Shown here: one piece after another, positions 38,700 through 51,834 of the stretch
Numbering within the stretch: the first letter of the stretch is position 1
Layout: the number at the start of each line of letters is the position of its first letter
Assembly (NCBI RefSeq): GCF_009914755.1
Contig: NC_060925.1
From: the human T2T-CHM13v2.0 reference genome, Homo sapiens
Reading direction: 5' to 3' (one strand)
DNA: 64,000 nt
Program-made: the position numbers and the translations under genes
The notes under the pieces: generated by a model
Seen by the model: only the letters and a program-made list of their open reading frames with translations
The model's database searches: none
Told to the model about the DNA's origin: nothing

Positions 38700-38925
38700 A
38701 TAATGTTAGCTAACACTTATTAAGTATTCACTATGTTCTAGAAAGTTTACATAAATTATCTCACTTATTCTTCACAATAATAATTCCATGAGGTAGATAT
38801 CATTATTATTACAATTTTACAAATGAAGAAACTAAAGTTTTCAAAGGATACCACACTTGCCAAGAGCAAAGCTACTGAGTGGTGGAGGTAGGATTTGAAC
38901 TTAGATAGATAACAGAACCCAGGGT
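38700..38925 (-). mobile_element. MIR
   Basis: agctaacacttattaagtattcactatg...attttacaaatgaagaaact...ggatttgaac. Confidence 0.75.
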
Positions 38926-38926
38926 C

Positions 38927-38928
<2 letters not shown>

Positions 38929-38971
<43 letters not shown>

Positions 38972-39090
38972 TTTAAATTGAGATGGAGCCTCACTATGTT
39001 GCCCAAGCTGGTCTCAAACTCCTGGGCTCAAGTGATCCTCCCGCCTCAGCCTCCCAAGTAGCTGAGTCTAAAGTGTATTTCACCATGCCC
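38929..39090 (-). mobile_element. FLAM with (TAA)13 microsatellite tail
   Basis: (TTA)n at 38931-38970, then a monomer. TSD AACAGMACCCAGGGTCTT at 38911-38928 and 39091-39108. Confidence 0.88.
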
Positions 39091-39884
39091 AACAGCACCC
39101 AGGGTCTTAACCACTTTGCTATACTTGTTGGTTCCTATTGTCTACAAAAATAAAAATCATGTACCACATTTCCCAGAGCTGCAACTTTCAAAACTGCACA
39201 TTATAACTCTAAGCCATATAAAGGTAAAAGGAAAAGGTATAATTCACCAAAAGTACTAAAAGTTTACTCAGCCAAAATTCAGAATTTTAGAGTTGGAAGG
39301 AGAAGCATAAATCATTTAGTTTGATGACAACTTAGTGCAAATGATAAAACTGAAAGACTTTGGCCTAACTCTTCAGGTTTTAGGAAATAAAGGAAATTCA
39401 ATGATGATGAGTTTTCCACAGGTATGACTGATATAGAACTTATTAATTCATTATTAATTCATTCACCTATTCATTAGTTATTTTTCATCTCAGTCAACAA
39501 ATATATACTGAAAGTCAACTACACACCAAGCACCCTGCTAGGTTACAAACTCCAGAAAGTAAAAAATGAGTATGACGGTCCCATTCTTCAAGGGGCTTAT
39601 GGTCTGGACTGGTGGGGGTGGGGGAAAAGGTGTAAAATAAGAATTCTTATTTTATATATCACTATATAACGTGATAAGCAATACTCAATAAACATGGCAG
39701 GGAGTTATTCTGTTGGAAACATCCGGGAGGGCTTTACCAAGAATATCATTAAATTAAGAGATAAGCAATTATTTCCAAGAAGATATCTTCCCTCCAGGAA
39801 GAGGGTAGAGGAATTTAGCCTTGAGTGGTTGGAAATTCAAGTCATTTAGAATTGCTTGGAGCATAGCCAGTGAGGGTAAGAGAC

Positions 39885-40416
39885 TGTGTTAAGCACATCT
39901 TTTTATTCTGATGTTTTAACATCTGGGGCCTTATTGACCCTGAGGAGACTGTCCCTCCCAAGGCCAGCCATCTTCTAGAGATAATAAAGGGCTCCCCTGT
40001 GAGATTGCCTTTCATATGCAAACCAACCAGGTCAGACCCCATCCACTCCAACCTCCTCTATCAGGCTCTTACAATCTGGATCAATATTCCCCTGTCCTAA
40101 TTTCCTCAGGGACAGGGTCAGACAACTTAGAACAGCCCTGTACACCCTACAGTCCACTGAAATTATTCAAACTAGCCAATCCTGAACTTGTTAGCCCTTC
40201 CTCACCCATTCCTTCCCAAGGAAATCACAATAGAAGCTCTTGCCCATATTTCCCCCTATTCTTCTGTTTTCTGACCCACCCTCATGTTTCCCTGTGTGGC
40301 CCTGCATGTGCAGTGTGCACTGTCCTCTTGGGGATTGTAGCTATCTTTTCAATGGCAATCATCTGATGCATTGGCCTCACCATCCCTGAATGATAATAAA
40401 ACTGACATTATAAACA
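39885..40416 (+). mobile_element. ERVL LTR, MER74-like
   Basis: TG...CA termini; acatctggggccttattgaccctgaggagactgtccctccca...cctttcatatgcaaaccaacca. Confidence 0.7.
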
Positions 40417-40424
40417 AAGATTCA

Positions 40425-40727
<303 letters not shown>

Positions 40728-40759
40728 ACAAAGATTCAGTAAATTCTGCTACATAGACA

Positions 40760-41440
40760 GAAAGGGGCAAGACCATGTAAAGTGTTGTCTGAGGAGTTTT
40801 AACTACTCAGGAGACATTGGAAGCCACAGAACAGTGTTAAGCAGGGGCATAATATGACTAGATTTACATTTTAAAAAGATTACTCAGGCAGCAGTGTGGT
40901 TACAGAATTGCAGTGAAGTAATTCTGAAGGTATGGAGACTAATTAGGAGGTTATGGTATAAAACAGTCGGGAAGTGATGAAAATCTCAATTAAGGTAGGG
41001 GAACTGGAAATGGACAGAAAGGAATATTTACGAGATGGTGAGAAGGTATCTTGAAGGACTTGATTGACTATAATGGGTTGGGGAAAGGCAAAAGCAAAGA
41101 CACACTTCAAGGTTTCTGGCTTAGCTGACTGTGGCTGGTAATGAATTTATGGAGATAAGAAAAGAAGCACAGAAGCAAGTTTGCAAGGAAGGAGAATGGG
41201 ATCTGCTTGCCTGTAGGATTGTTCTTGTAGAGATACTAATAGCCAGTTAGAAACATGGATCTGGTGCTCAGGAGGTGTTCTTAGACTGGAAACAAGATTT
41301 GAGAGTTACCAGCCTACTGGTGGTGGTTAAGGTCATAAAAGTGGATAGAATTATCAAAGGAAGACATGCAGAAAAATATCAAAGTTCAGGTTGAAAACAG
41401 AATTCCAAGAAACACCACAACTTAAAAGGCAGGTAGGGAA
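40760..41440 (-). mobile_element. L2 fragment
   Basis: ttggaagccacagaacagtgttaagcagggg...gatttacattttaaaaagattactc...ttcaaggtttctggctt. Confidence 0.7.
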
Positions 41441-41622
41441 ATGGTGTTTGCAAAAGAAAATGGATGTGGTAAGATAATCTGGGGAGTCTGGCAGCAGCAG
41501 CAGCAACAATGGCATAATCATCACCATCATCACCAGATGGCTAATATTTCTTCAGCATTACTATGTTTCCCACATTATGTCATGTGTTTTACATGTATAG
41601 TTCATTTGCTGCACATAGTAAC

Positions 41623-42012
41623 TGATAGTTTGGATATTTGTCCCTGCCCAAATCTCATATTGAATTGTAATCTCCAGTGCTGGAGGTGAGGTCTGGTAGG
41701 AGGTGTTTGAATCATGGGGGCAGATCCCTCATGAATGGCTTGGGCCATCCCTTTGGTGATAAGTGAGCTCTCACTCTTGAGTTCAAAGGCGATCTGGTGG
41801 TTTAACAGTGTATGGCACCCCCCTCCCCACCACCAACTCCTTTGCTTGCTCCTGCTTTTGCCATGTGACATGCCTGCTCTTGCTTTGCCTTTTGACATAA
41901 CAGTAAGCTTCCTGATGCCTCCCTATAAAACCATGAGCCAATTAAATCTCTTATTTATAAATTACCCAGTCTCACGTATTTCTTTATAGTAATGTAAGAA
42001 CAGCCTAACACA
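41623..42012 (+). mobile_element. MST (MSTA/B) MaLR solo LTR
   Basis: TGATAGTTTGGATATTTGTCCC...CAGCCTAACACA with 5-bp TSD GTAAC. Inserted in a MIR. Confidence 0.9.
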
Positions 42013-42413
42013 GTAACTCAGTGAGGTTTAAGAGATGATGACATAGGCCTACAGAAGTTAAGTAAGGCCTATAAAATTGTTCTCCTTTGCAATCTCTCTA
42101 AAGCATGGCTTCTTAAACTGCTATAATGTGTCCATTGAAGAATGATGAGGTTAATAACTTTGAAAAGGAGAGCTTATTTCTCATTAAGGGTTGTAGTCTG
42201 AAGGGTGGCCATACCAACAGGCTAGGAAGCATAATCTCTGGCCAGAAGCCAGAAACATGCAATTGGAGGGAGGGGTAAAGGGAACAGAAATTTATGCTGA
42301 GCAGTTTGGCTAAGTATAAATATTCAATGGGTTATAGGAGGAGCTATGAATATTCATGAAGTAATGGCATGGGTATGCACAGTAGGCCAATGTGTATGAA
42401 ACATGTGTCCCAT

Positions 42414-42978
42414 TGAGAGAAGAGAAAGGAAGAAGCTGGTCAGGCAGGCGGGCAGGGAGGGTGGGTCCTCAGTTGAATCCTTTCAAACAAAAGAACAGCC
42501 TGCAGGCACAGGTAAGGGAACTGCACAGGGTGGCTTGCCTAAGACATGCCCACAGCCCCACTGATAAGAAAGGCTACACAAGTGACTTGCCCAGTCAGGC
42601 TTGCAATGGAAAATTCCATCCCCTGACACATGTGCAGTAAGGGGAACAAAGAAATATGGAGTAAGTCAAGCTAAAGCCTGTATGCACATTAGGAGGATGA
42701 GCTGGAGCTACCAGAAATTCATGCCTTATGCAAATGAGACACCCAGCCCTCAATGTTTTCTTATAAAAGTCTTTGTATTCAACTGTACAAATGGTAACCC
42801 TCTTCTGGGCCCTCTCTCCCTGTCAGAGAGCTTTCTTCTTGTGCTTATTAAACTTTCACTCCAACCTCACTCTTTGTGTCCACGCTCCTTAATTCTCTTG
42901 ATTGTGAGACAAAGAATTCTGGGTGATACCTCACAATGAGAGACTGCTACACTGTGGTGCACTGGTGAGACTGCAACA
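42414..42978 (+). mobile_element. MER61-family ERV1 solo LTR
   Basis: TGAGAGAAGAGAAAGGAAG...CAAACAAAAGAACAGCCTG...GACTGCAACA. 4-bp TSD CCAT at 42410-42413 and 42979-42982. Confidence 0.85.
42531..42551. promoter_or_regulatory. p53 response-element-like motif inside MER61
   Basis: TGGCTTGCCT-a-AGACATGCCC: half-sites match RRRCWWGYYY at 9/10 and 10/10, with a 1-nt spacer. Confidence 0.5.
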
Positions 42979-43330
42979 CCATGTTCACTCTAGGGTGAAG
43001 ATTTAACATTTGAATGTATTACAATTAGGCCTTATAAATCAAAAGGTAAAGCAGAGGACATAAAAGCCCTCTGTGCTCAGTCTCCGTAGAATGGCCAGAA
43101 CCATTCTGTGGTTGGTGGTCTCTAATCAGGAAGGAATGCTGGTGGGTTGCCCTGTCAAAACTACAGAAGGGAGGGCAGCAATGGTTTATATGGTTGATAT
43201 CAGCAGTGGAGCAAGTTTTTCAAAATGGCTAGTTTCTCTTTAACCCTTAGGGAAGGCTAATGATGGTTAGCAAAGGAGTAGGTATAATGAGATGTGTCTG
43301 ATCCCGCATCCCCTCATGGCTGGGAACTCG

Positions 43331-43633
43331 TTTATTTTCGTGTTTTGTTTTTGAGACAGGGTCTTGCTCTGTCAACCAGGCTGGAGTGCAGTAGTTTGAT
43401 CAAAGCTCAGTGCAGCCTTGACCTCCTGGACTCAAGTGATCTTCCTTCCTCAGTCTCCCAAGTAGCTGGGACTACAGGTATGCACCACCATGCCTGGTTA
43501 ATTTTTTAGTTTTTGAAAAGACAAGATCTCACAATGTTGCCCAGTTTTGTCTTGAACTCCTGGCTTCAAGCAGTCCTCCCACCTTAGCATCCCAAAGTGC
43601 TGGGATTGCAGGAGTGAGTCACCACACCAGGCC
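43331..43633 (-). mobile_element. AluJ
   Basis: gagacagggtcttgctctg...gcagccttgacctcctggactcaagtgat...ggcc. Confidence 0.9.
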
Positions 43634-45139
43634 AGGGAATTTAGCTTTTAAGGTTTCTCTGGGGTCCCCTTGTCCAAGTGAGGGATCTGTTCAGTCAGTA
43701 GGGAGCTTGGGATTTTATTTTTATTTCTCAAATGCCTCAGTACTGGCTGCCTCTCCTCCTAAACTTTCACTCAATCCATACTAGATATTGTCACATAACT
43801 CTTACTTTGATCACATGACAGTGCTACTTTGTCAGTAACCTTCAATGGTTTTTCATGTTTATTAAGTAACAAAATTCCCAGCCTTGGACTCATTATGATG
43901 CTAATATCTCTCTAGCTTTATTGTCTACTATTATACTATATCCAATGCTTCAAACTAAATTACTCAGCCTTGCAATCTCAATGCCTATGTGACATAATCT
44001 CTCATTTTAAAAGTACAGATTCCCATTTCAGATTATAGAAATTCTAAGTATTCCACAGGGTTCACCTTCTTTCAGATGTCGCACTCTCTCGGAAACCTTA
44101 CGCACTTACTCCAGAGATGTAAGCACTTTCCTTGAAAATCTTATTCACAACCTGTATCTCTCTTAAAGCATTTATCTTACTGTCAGATTTATTTTGCCAT
44201 TGTCTGTAAACTTATCTTTTCTTACAACAGTTTGCAAGCAAAATCTAGTAATGCCTTGACTACCACTACATTTCAATAAATAATTATTGACTCAATTTTA
44301 TTCAATTTTGAACTCTTATCAAAGCTCTCAAATTTGCTATCTGTGTTCTTTGGGCAAGCTTAGTATCTTTACAGATGGTGTAATTCCATTGGAAGTTTCT
44401 TTTCTTTCTTGAAGGTCATAAAACAAGGATGGCCCAACATCTCATACTGAAAACAGTTTTCCATCTAATTTTTTGATCAACTATAAGATTATTCTATAAG
44501 ACCAAAGCAGGAAGCCTATAAATATATATTTACTATTGTCACACTAATAATTAGTCTAGCAAAATAGTATGCTTATGTTATTGTTCTTTAGGATAAACTG
44601 ACAATGTAATGTTGCAGTTTACTTAAAAAACAATACTTACTATTATAACCACACTTTTAGTTTTTTCATTTACTAATTCACTACTTTCTATAATCAGAGT
44701 CAGTGTCAATTGTTTTCCCATGATCTTATGTAATTTGAGCTTTAGCACCATCATCACATATATGTATGAAAAGAATAAGGTTCCAGATCTAAAGGCAACA
44801 TCTGGTGCTTCCTTTCCTCAATTACTCTCCTAAAATCAAGACATAGGAACAAGGTTGCCCAAAACTCATTCAAGTCTTCCCATCTTGCCCATTATGTGTC
44901 AAATAGTTGTGTGGTACCCTCACAGCATGTATCCTAGGCTCTGAGAAAAGTAAGAAAAATCCATATTTATGGAATATTCTAAGAAGTTTGCCCATATTAG
45001 CTGATATAATCCTCACAACCGGCTTATTCTTTTTCCGTTTTATTGGTGAAGAAACAGATTATATTTTACAGATGAAGAATCTCAGGCGGCCTGGCTCTAG
45101 AGCCCACTGCAAAGCACCACATGTCAAGTACTGGCATTC

Positions 45140-45790
45140 ATTATTCATTCTTCCTGCTTCTGCTCCGGCCCCACTTTGTCTATTCACCACATGGAAGCCA
45201 GCATTATTGTGTTAAAACATGTTAGGTTATGTTGGTCCTCTGCTCAAACTCTGCAATGGTCCCCTTCTTACTCAGAGTAAAAGCTAAAGTATTTTCAGCA
45301 GCTTTCCACGCTCTATGTGATCTTCTTTCCCATCCTGTATCTCTTTGACCTCACCTCACACATTCACTCCACTCTGGCCACACTGTCCTCCTGACTTCTT
45401 CCAATATACTAAGCATACTCCAGCTTTGGCACTTGCTGTTCCTCCAGCCTGGATTGCTAGGTGACTGTCACCCTCATCTCCTTCAAGTCTGTATCCAATG
45501 TTAACTTTTAAATGCAGCCTTCTCTGTCCATTCTACTTAAAAACTATAAATCCCTCCCTTTTCTGGAAAACCCTATTTCCCTCCCCTGCTTTATTTTCCC
45601 CTACACACTTACCATCATATTATATATTTTACTTATTTATTCCGCTCCTGATCTGTTTCCCCCCAACTAGAACGTCCTCTGTGAAGATAGATTTTATTGT
45701 TTGTTCTTTTGCCACTGTATTTCTACTGTATCTAGAATAGTACTTAGTATGTAGTAAGTCCCCAGAAAATATTTGATGAATTAACTAATT
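45140..45790 (+). mobile_element. L2 3' fragment
   Basis: ctctgctcaaactctgcaatggtcccc...ctttggcacttgctgttcc...aaatatttgatgaatt. Confidence 0.7.
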
Positions 45791-46016
45791 AATTAATTCA
45801 AATATCTATATGGAAGTTGGAGCTGATGTTGAGAGACTGAAAAAGAATGGATGGCTACAAGTCTTACAAGGAGGAATACCTCAGAGGCCTGGAACACGGA
45901 GGGTAGGGAGGATTAATACTAGGACAAGGAATAAAAAGGAAGAAGCTGTCTTGGGTTAATGCTTGGTCTTCAACTCCAGGGATTCTTATTTGACCTTTGT
46001 GTATCTTCCTTTAGGA

Positions 46017-46947
46017 CTAGGGTTCATAATTTTGTCTTATGCAAAGACAAAGTTAAGAACCTCTTTTGGCAGCCTGATGGAGCCTATGAACCCTTCTCAA
46101 AGCAATGTTTTTAAATGCATAAAATACATAGAATTGCAGGAAATTAATTACTCTAAAATAAAATTATCAGAATATTTTATATTTTGTGATATAATGTACA
46201 TATTTATTAAAATGTAGCAGCTGATTTAATAACTCTTATAATTTTAAAATAGCAATGACTGTAAATGATGTTTTAAGATATGTACAATTGTAATGCAATG
46301 TGAAAATGTTTGCAATTTCTGGTGGTTGCTAAGTTAACTACTATATTAACACATAGCTATAACAGTGATTAGTTGTTTATATTTATGGAATTCTAATATT
46401 CAGTCAGATATTAGTGAAAATAAACACGATTCTTTTTTTCTCATCCAAGTTCACAGACCCCTTGTCTTAGTCCGTTTGCATTGCTATAAAGAAACATCTG
46501 AGGATAGGTAATTTATAAGGAAAAGAGGTTTATTTGGCTCATGGTTCTGCAGGCTATACCAGAAGCATGGTACCAGCATCTGCTTCTGATGAGGGCCTCA
46601 GGCTGTTTCTACTCATGGTGGAAGGTGAAGGGGAAGTGGCATGCAGAGATCACAGGGTAAGGGTGGAAGCAAGAGGAAGAAGGGAACGATGCCAGGCTCT
46701 TTTTAACAAACAGTTCTCAAGGAAACTAACACAGTGAGAACTCAGTCATTACCCTGAGGATGCCACCAAGCCATTCATGAGGGATCTGCCCCCAGGACCC
46801 AAATGCCTCCCACTAGGCCCTACCTCCAATGCTGAGAATCACATTTCAATATGAGATTTGGGGGAGTCAAGCAAACCAAACTAGAGCACCCCTGAATTCT
46901 ATTCCCAAAAGCCATAGGGGTCTGTAGACATCAGGATAAGAACCTTG
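46017..46947. mobile_element. MER119-like hAT-Charlie element (split by MSTB)
   Basis: ctcttttggcagcctgatggagcctatgaacccttctcaaagcaatgtttttaaatgcataaaa. 8-bp TSD CTTTAGGA / CTCTAGGA. Confidence 0.75.
46463..46888 (-). mobile_element. MSTB-like MaLR solo LTR
   Basis: TGTCTTAGTCCGTTTGCATTGCTATAAAG...CAAACTAGAGCA with 5-bp TSD CCCCT. Confidence 0.9.
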
Positions 46948-47489
46948 CTCTAGGATTAGTCTCAGGGTACACCCAAGGGGGAAGAGGATCAAAATTAACT
47001 ACACCTTCACTATCACAGAAGCAGAAGGAAAAAAAGAGACAACAAAGAAAAACAAAACAAAATGATTTTTTTCCAAATTCCTTTAACTAAAGGCAATCTT
47101 TTTCACCTTATAACTAGAAAATAGTCTGAAAAATGCAAGTATTTATGAGTTTTGGTGTATCAGTATGAATAAGCTTTAATAACAGGACAATGTTACTTTC
47201 TAACATTGATGAGAAATTCAAAAGCAGGAAAGCATAGAAGCCTCCAAATCAGTGCAAAGATCTGATGCGGTGGGGAAGGGAGGGTGCTGGAGTGAGTAGT
47301 CTGGAAATAAAGAAAACAAAATAATGAAGGCTAGATTTATGGAGTCCTGTTTATCTTTTTTCTCTTCCCTAAAAAGTAAAAGCTATGTTTCAAAGTTCTT
47401 TATGTTCTCTTCAAGGTCCCTGAAAGCAGCTTAGCAAGAATTATGGTCAGGAATTTCTCCTTATCCTGGTTGTCATCTGTAACTTTTGG

Positions 47490-47660
47490 CAACAAAATTG
47501 GAAAATACTTCATACCAGATGCCCTCTTTTGGAGATTCACAATGCATGTCAGCATTTGACATGTTCTAGAGTCCTTTAGTACACAAATCTGCTTAACTTC
47601 ATTTAAACCAGTATTTCTCAATCTTATTTGATCGTAAATTTTTTTCCATTTAATATATGT
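47490..47660. mobile_element. MER103-like hAT fragment
   Basis: ttggagattcacaatgcatgtcagcat...ccagtatttctcaatcttatttga. Confidence 0.55.
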
Positions 47661-48959
47661 CTATTATTGCAATTATAAGACTTTATTGCAATTATTGACA
47701 ATACAATTCTTTTCTTCAACTAGGACATAAATTCCTCTGGCTCAGCAAAGGTGTCTTGTTCATGTTTTCATTGCTAGTACTAAGAACTATTAATACTTCA
47801 TATGCACTTTGAAAGTCTGTAAATGTTTGGTTGGTTAGTGGTTGGTGGGTTGGCTGACTGAATAAATGAATAAATCAGAGACAAAAATACTTCAGGCCAA
47901 CTTTACTGTGTATATTATCTCTGTAACATGTCAGGAACCTTTAGAAGCCTTTTGAAGTAAGTTTAACAGTGAAAAGGATAACAAAGAAAAAATGGCTGTT
48001 AACAGCTAACTCCCCAGTGGAAATCTACATACATACTTATGTTTAAACCAAAATAATAGTAAAACTTTCCAGAAGAAAGGTATATTTCTATTCTAATCAT
48101 TTCTGTAGCTCTGAAAGTAGAGATTATAGTGTTAATAATTCAAAGAGCCATTTCATTTGCATTCTGTGTAGTAATAAGTGTAACATCTCAGCAAGTGTCA
48201 CAATTCCTAGAAGTAAATTATGTTAATTAATTAGTAGGAAGGCTTAAAGGCCAAAACTGGAAATAATCCCAAAAAGTCTCTAAATGTTGCCTTTAATTAC
48301 TTAGATCAAGTTTATGGGTGATAATAAAGTAATACAAAGATCCATAGATTTACAGGTTTGGAAAAATACATATATATTGGTTGGATTTCGATCCTGTAAG
48401 GTTATAAAGAATGTGTTTCCATAGTCCATCTGTTTTTAGATTTTAGTCAATTAATTCCATCCACACATGAATCTCCACAGCAGAACTAATAAGAAAGCAA
48501 CATCTGCTGGTTATAGTAGGGTGAAATATAGCATTTTTTGTTTTTACAAAACTTGAGTTTTTAAAAAATCTACAAAATTAAAATTAACACTGAAGGAGCA
48601 GCATAAGACCTCATTATTGCCACACCACTACTTTAAGAACAAAACCAGACATACTCAAGACCTTTTTCATCAAAGACTAGGGGGTTCCAAATTTACTAAA
48701 ACCTAATAGATGCCAAAGTTAAAATAGTTTAAATTCAAGATTGCATGCATTTTTGCTATTTCTACCTCCTGCTTTTGAGAGTAAAAGCTATTTATATGTA
48801 CGTGATATTTAAATCTCTGGAAAAGCTCCAGAGAAACATTGAAACAATGAATAAAGGCTTTGGTGTTTTAATTACTGTTACTGTATATATTCCAAAATAA
48901 AACAAACATTTCTATCAAGAATTTCTTCATCTATAGTAAATAAACTATGTACTTGCTTG

Positions 48960-49600
48960 TGCCCATGTCCAAATTACCAAGTTCTTCCAGTTCTCCTTCC
49001 AAAATATATTTCAAAACCTTCCACTGTTACCATCCAAGCCCAAGGTCCCATTATTTCTAGTCCGATTTCCTTTATTTTCCTCCAACAAATTTTCCACATC
49101 ATAGCCACAGAGCTTTTTAAAAATACAACCTAGATGTCATTAATTCTTTATTTAAATTTTCCATGGAGCTTCCTGTTGCACTCAGAGTAAATATAAACTA
49201 GTTAATGTGGCCTTCATACTCTGGCCTAAGCAATCTCTTTAGTTACCTTGTAGGCTACTTTCCTCTTTGCATTGTAGGCTAGAGCCAAATTAGACTTCCT
49301 TGAATTCCTAGAATATGCTAGGTTCTCCCCAGATTTAGGGCCTCTACAGGTTTCAGAATAAATGAAAATCTTTCAGGAATTCCTCTACTTCAGCTAAGCT
49401 AGAGCCTCCTGTTATTAATATAATTTCTTGCACAATTATCAGATTCTTCTAAAAGACTTGGCATAGTTGTAATATATACAACTATGTAATCATTTGTTTA
49501 ATAACAATATTCCTCACTAGACTATAAATTCCATGTGGACAGAGCCAATGTCTATCATGCTCAGTCCTCAATACCCAACACCCACAGTGTATTTAATAAT
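48960..49600 (+). mobile_element. L2 3' fragment
   Basis: ccaagttcttccagttctccttccaaaatatatttc...cactagactataaattccatgtggacagagcc. Confidence 0.65.
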
Positions 49601-50067
49601 TTTAGTCAAATAAAACTGAGTAAATCTCAATCTAACAAAAATGGAGGTAAAAGGGCAAAAATCCCTTAAAGTGAAATTTATTTCTAGTTTACCCAAGTCT
49701 GTATACCATAGGGAATCTCTGAGAGTTTTATTCCTAAGACTTTTCTATATTCTCCACTACACTAGAAGATATGCCTGAATATATGAAAGTATTGTTGATA
49801 TTATTCCAATTATTGCTTGAGACTGAAGCCTCCATTCCAGAAATGTATGTGTCAACCTAGAACCTAGAGAGCATCCCAATGCTTGGTTCCTAAGTGAGGT
49901 AATAGTAAACATTATCGTGGCAAAATAATTCTGTATCAGATGTGTTGGTGCCCCGTGGGGGTTGGAACATTGGTATTCATCTAGAAACTATGTTCTAAGT
50001 TTGTTGTTTAGATAGTCCTTCTGTGGTAGTTTCAGATGCTCTAGAACAAATCATTCATAATATTTAA

Positions 50068-50087
50068 ATACACACACACACACACAC
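50068..50087. repeat. Short (CA)n
   Basis: About 9 CA units. Confidence 0.8.
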
Positions 50088-51834
50088 TCCATCAGAATAA
50101 AGGAGTACACTGTAAATGCAATGTGCCAAAACAAGAACAATATGTTACTACAAAATGACAGTTACTACAAATTTGCCAGTTACGTCATAATCACAAATAA
50201 AATGGGGAAAAAAGAAAGCAGGGGATGGGGAGGAGGTTCTGTAATCAGAGGCAATATAATACCTCTAGAGAATCACACACTGAACAATTATCAGCTACCC
50301 TGCCCCAGTCGTTCTCTCCCGTTTCTGCTTCATTCCCCTGGCCTCATCGGGGCTTCCTTCCCCTTTGTTTGCAGGCCACATTAAATAAGACTTTTAGGTA
50401 TATTCCAGGTCACGGGACTATCATATTCCTACCATAGTCTATTGAATCCCTCATATAGATCATAAGCTCTTTTTTTTTTTAATTTTTCTTTTGCAAGCTC
50501 CAGTTCAGCTCCAGATCATTAGTTCTTTCAGATCAAAGAACATATCTCATGTTTTCCCTTTCTTTTTTAAATTCCAGTTTATCAAAGCATAATGTTTTGC
50601 TTGGAAGACTGTATGAGAGGATACAATTACCATATTTGGTGAACTATATGATGAAGTAATATTTAAAATAAATCTGGAAACATAATAAACATTTTTGTAA
50701 AATAATTTACCACAGCACTATTTATCATGTATCTGTTAAAAATGCTGTTTAAATGGTTTTATAGGGGAAAACATTATTTTGTTCCTATATTTACAGTATG
50801 TCATACCTAGGAGGCTGAGATAGTATAAAGTTCTTTTTGCCTTTAATCCAATCAGTTAACGTTTCTCTGGGTTTTGACTTTCTATCCATAATACAAGTAA
50901 TCATGATATAGGAAATATAAGGTAAAAACTGTCATCTATCTTGTTGCTTTTGGATCAGCTTACAGCTAAATCACCTGGAAAAAATATTATGCAATCTCTA
51001 CTTTTAAAACTTAACAGAGAATACTTTTCTATTTAATTTTCAAAAGTCATTAGATTTGCACATGTTTTATGCCCTGGTAATATTGTGATAGGATCACGAA
51101 CATGTAATAAAACAATATGATATAATGGTTAAAGGCATGAAGTTGAGAGCAACAATGTGAAGATTTGAATCCCAGTTATGATACTTAATGGCAGGAACAA
51201 CCAGAAAAGAGAAAAATCTTCATTTAAAAAATTTAGTTAAAAAATCCACGCATTACAAGAAAAGGATATATAAAATTCCAAACCTCTGACTTGTAAATTT
51301 GAATTACATCTTCTGCTTTTTCAGGAAAAGATTGCCGTTGATTCAATACTATTATATTTGAATAAAATTTTAATTTTCATAGAAAAATATGATACAATAT
51401 TGTTTTATACAGTAGTTTAATGTCAACTGCTGTTTGTTACTCTCTTACTAGGTTGCAATGTTTCTTCTTTTTATATTCACAGAGAGAGTAATTATTTTCA
51501 ACAAATTTGGGGATTGAGCATTATTTAACACCAAAGCAAAAGAAATCCAAGACACACAGTTATTCTGAAATCTAAGTATTTTCTAGTATGTAATTTTTAC
51601 TAATTGTATTAAACCCCTTTCAGCCACCTCCTCTTCAAGAGAAATTCTTTTCTTTAGCCAGAATATTTTATTAAATGAAAATATTTATTTTAAAAATTAG
51701 TTGCTATTTACTTTGCTATTTACTTAATAAATTTGTTTTACTTAATAACTTTACTTAATAAATTATTTAATAAATTGCTATTAAATACTTTTAAAAAAGT
51801 CATTTAAATTCATTGTTAAAAAACATAGAAAATA

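Larger units (their letters stand above)
42129..43730 (-). mobile_element. ERV1 MER4-group solo LTR (LTR39-like), split by a MER61 and an AluJ
   Basis: The minus strand starts TGAGAAATAAAAATAAAATCCCAAG...GGGGACCCCAGAGAAACCTTAAAA and ends CTTCAATGGACA. 4-bp TSD AATG at 42125-42128 and 43731-43734. Confidence 0.8.

Noticed and set aside
41441-41689. ORF with poly-Q and poly-H
   Set aside because: Short CAG/CAT triplet runs at a MIR tail, running into an MST LTR. No splice or coding context.
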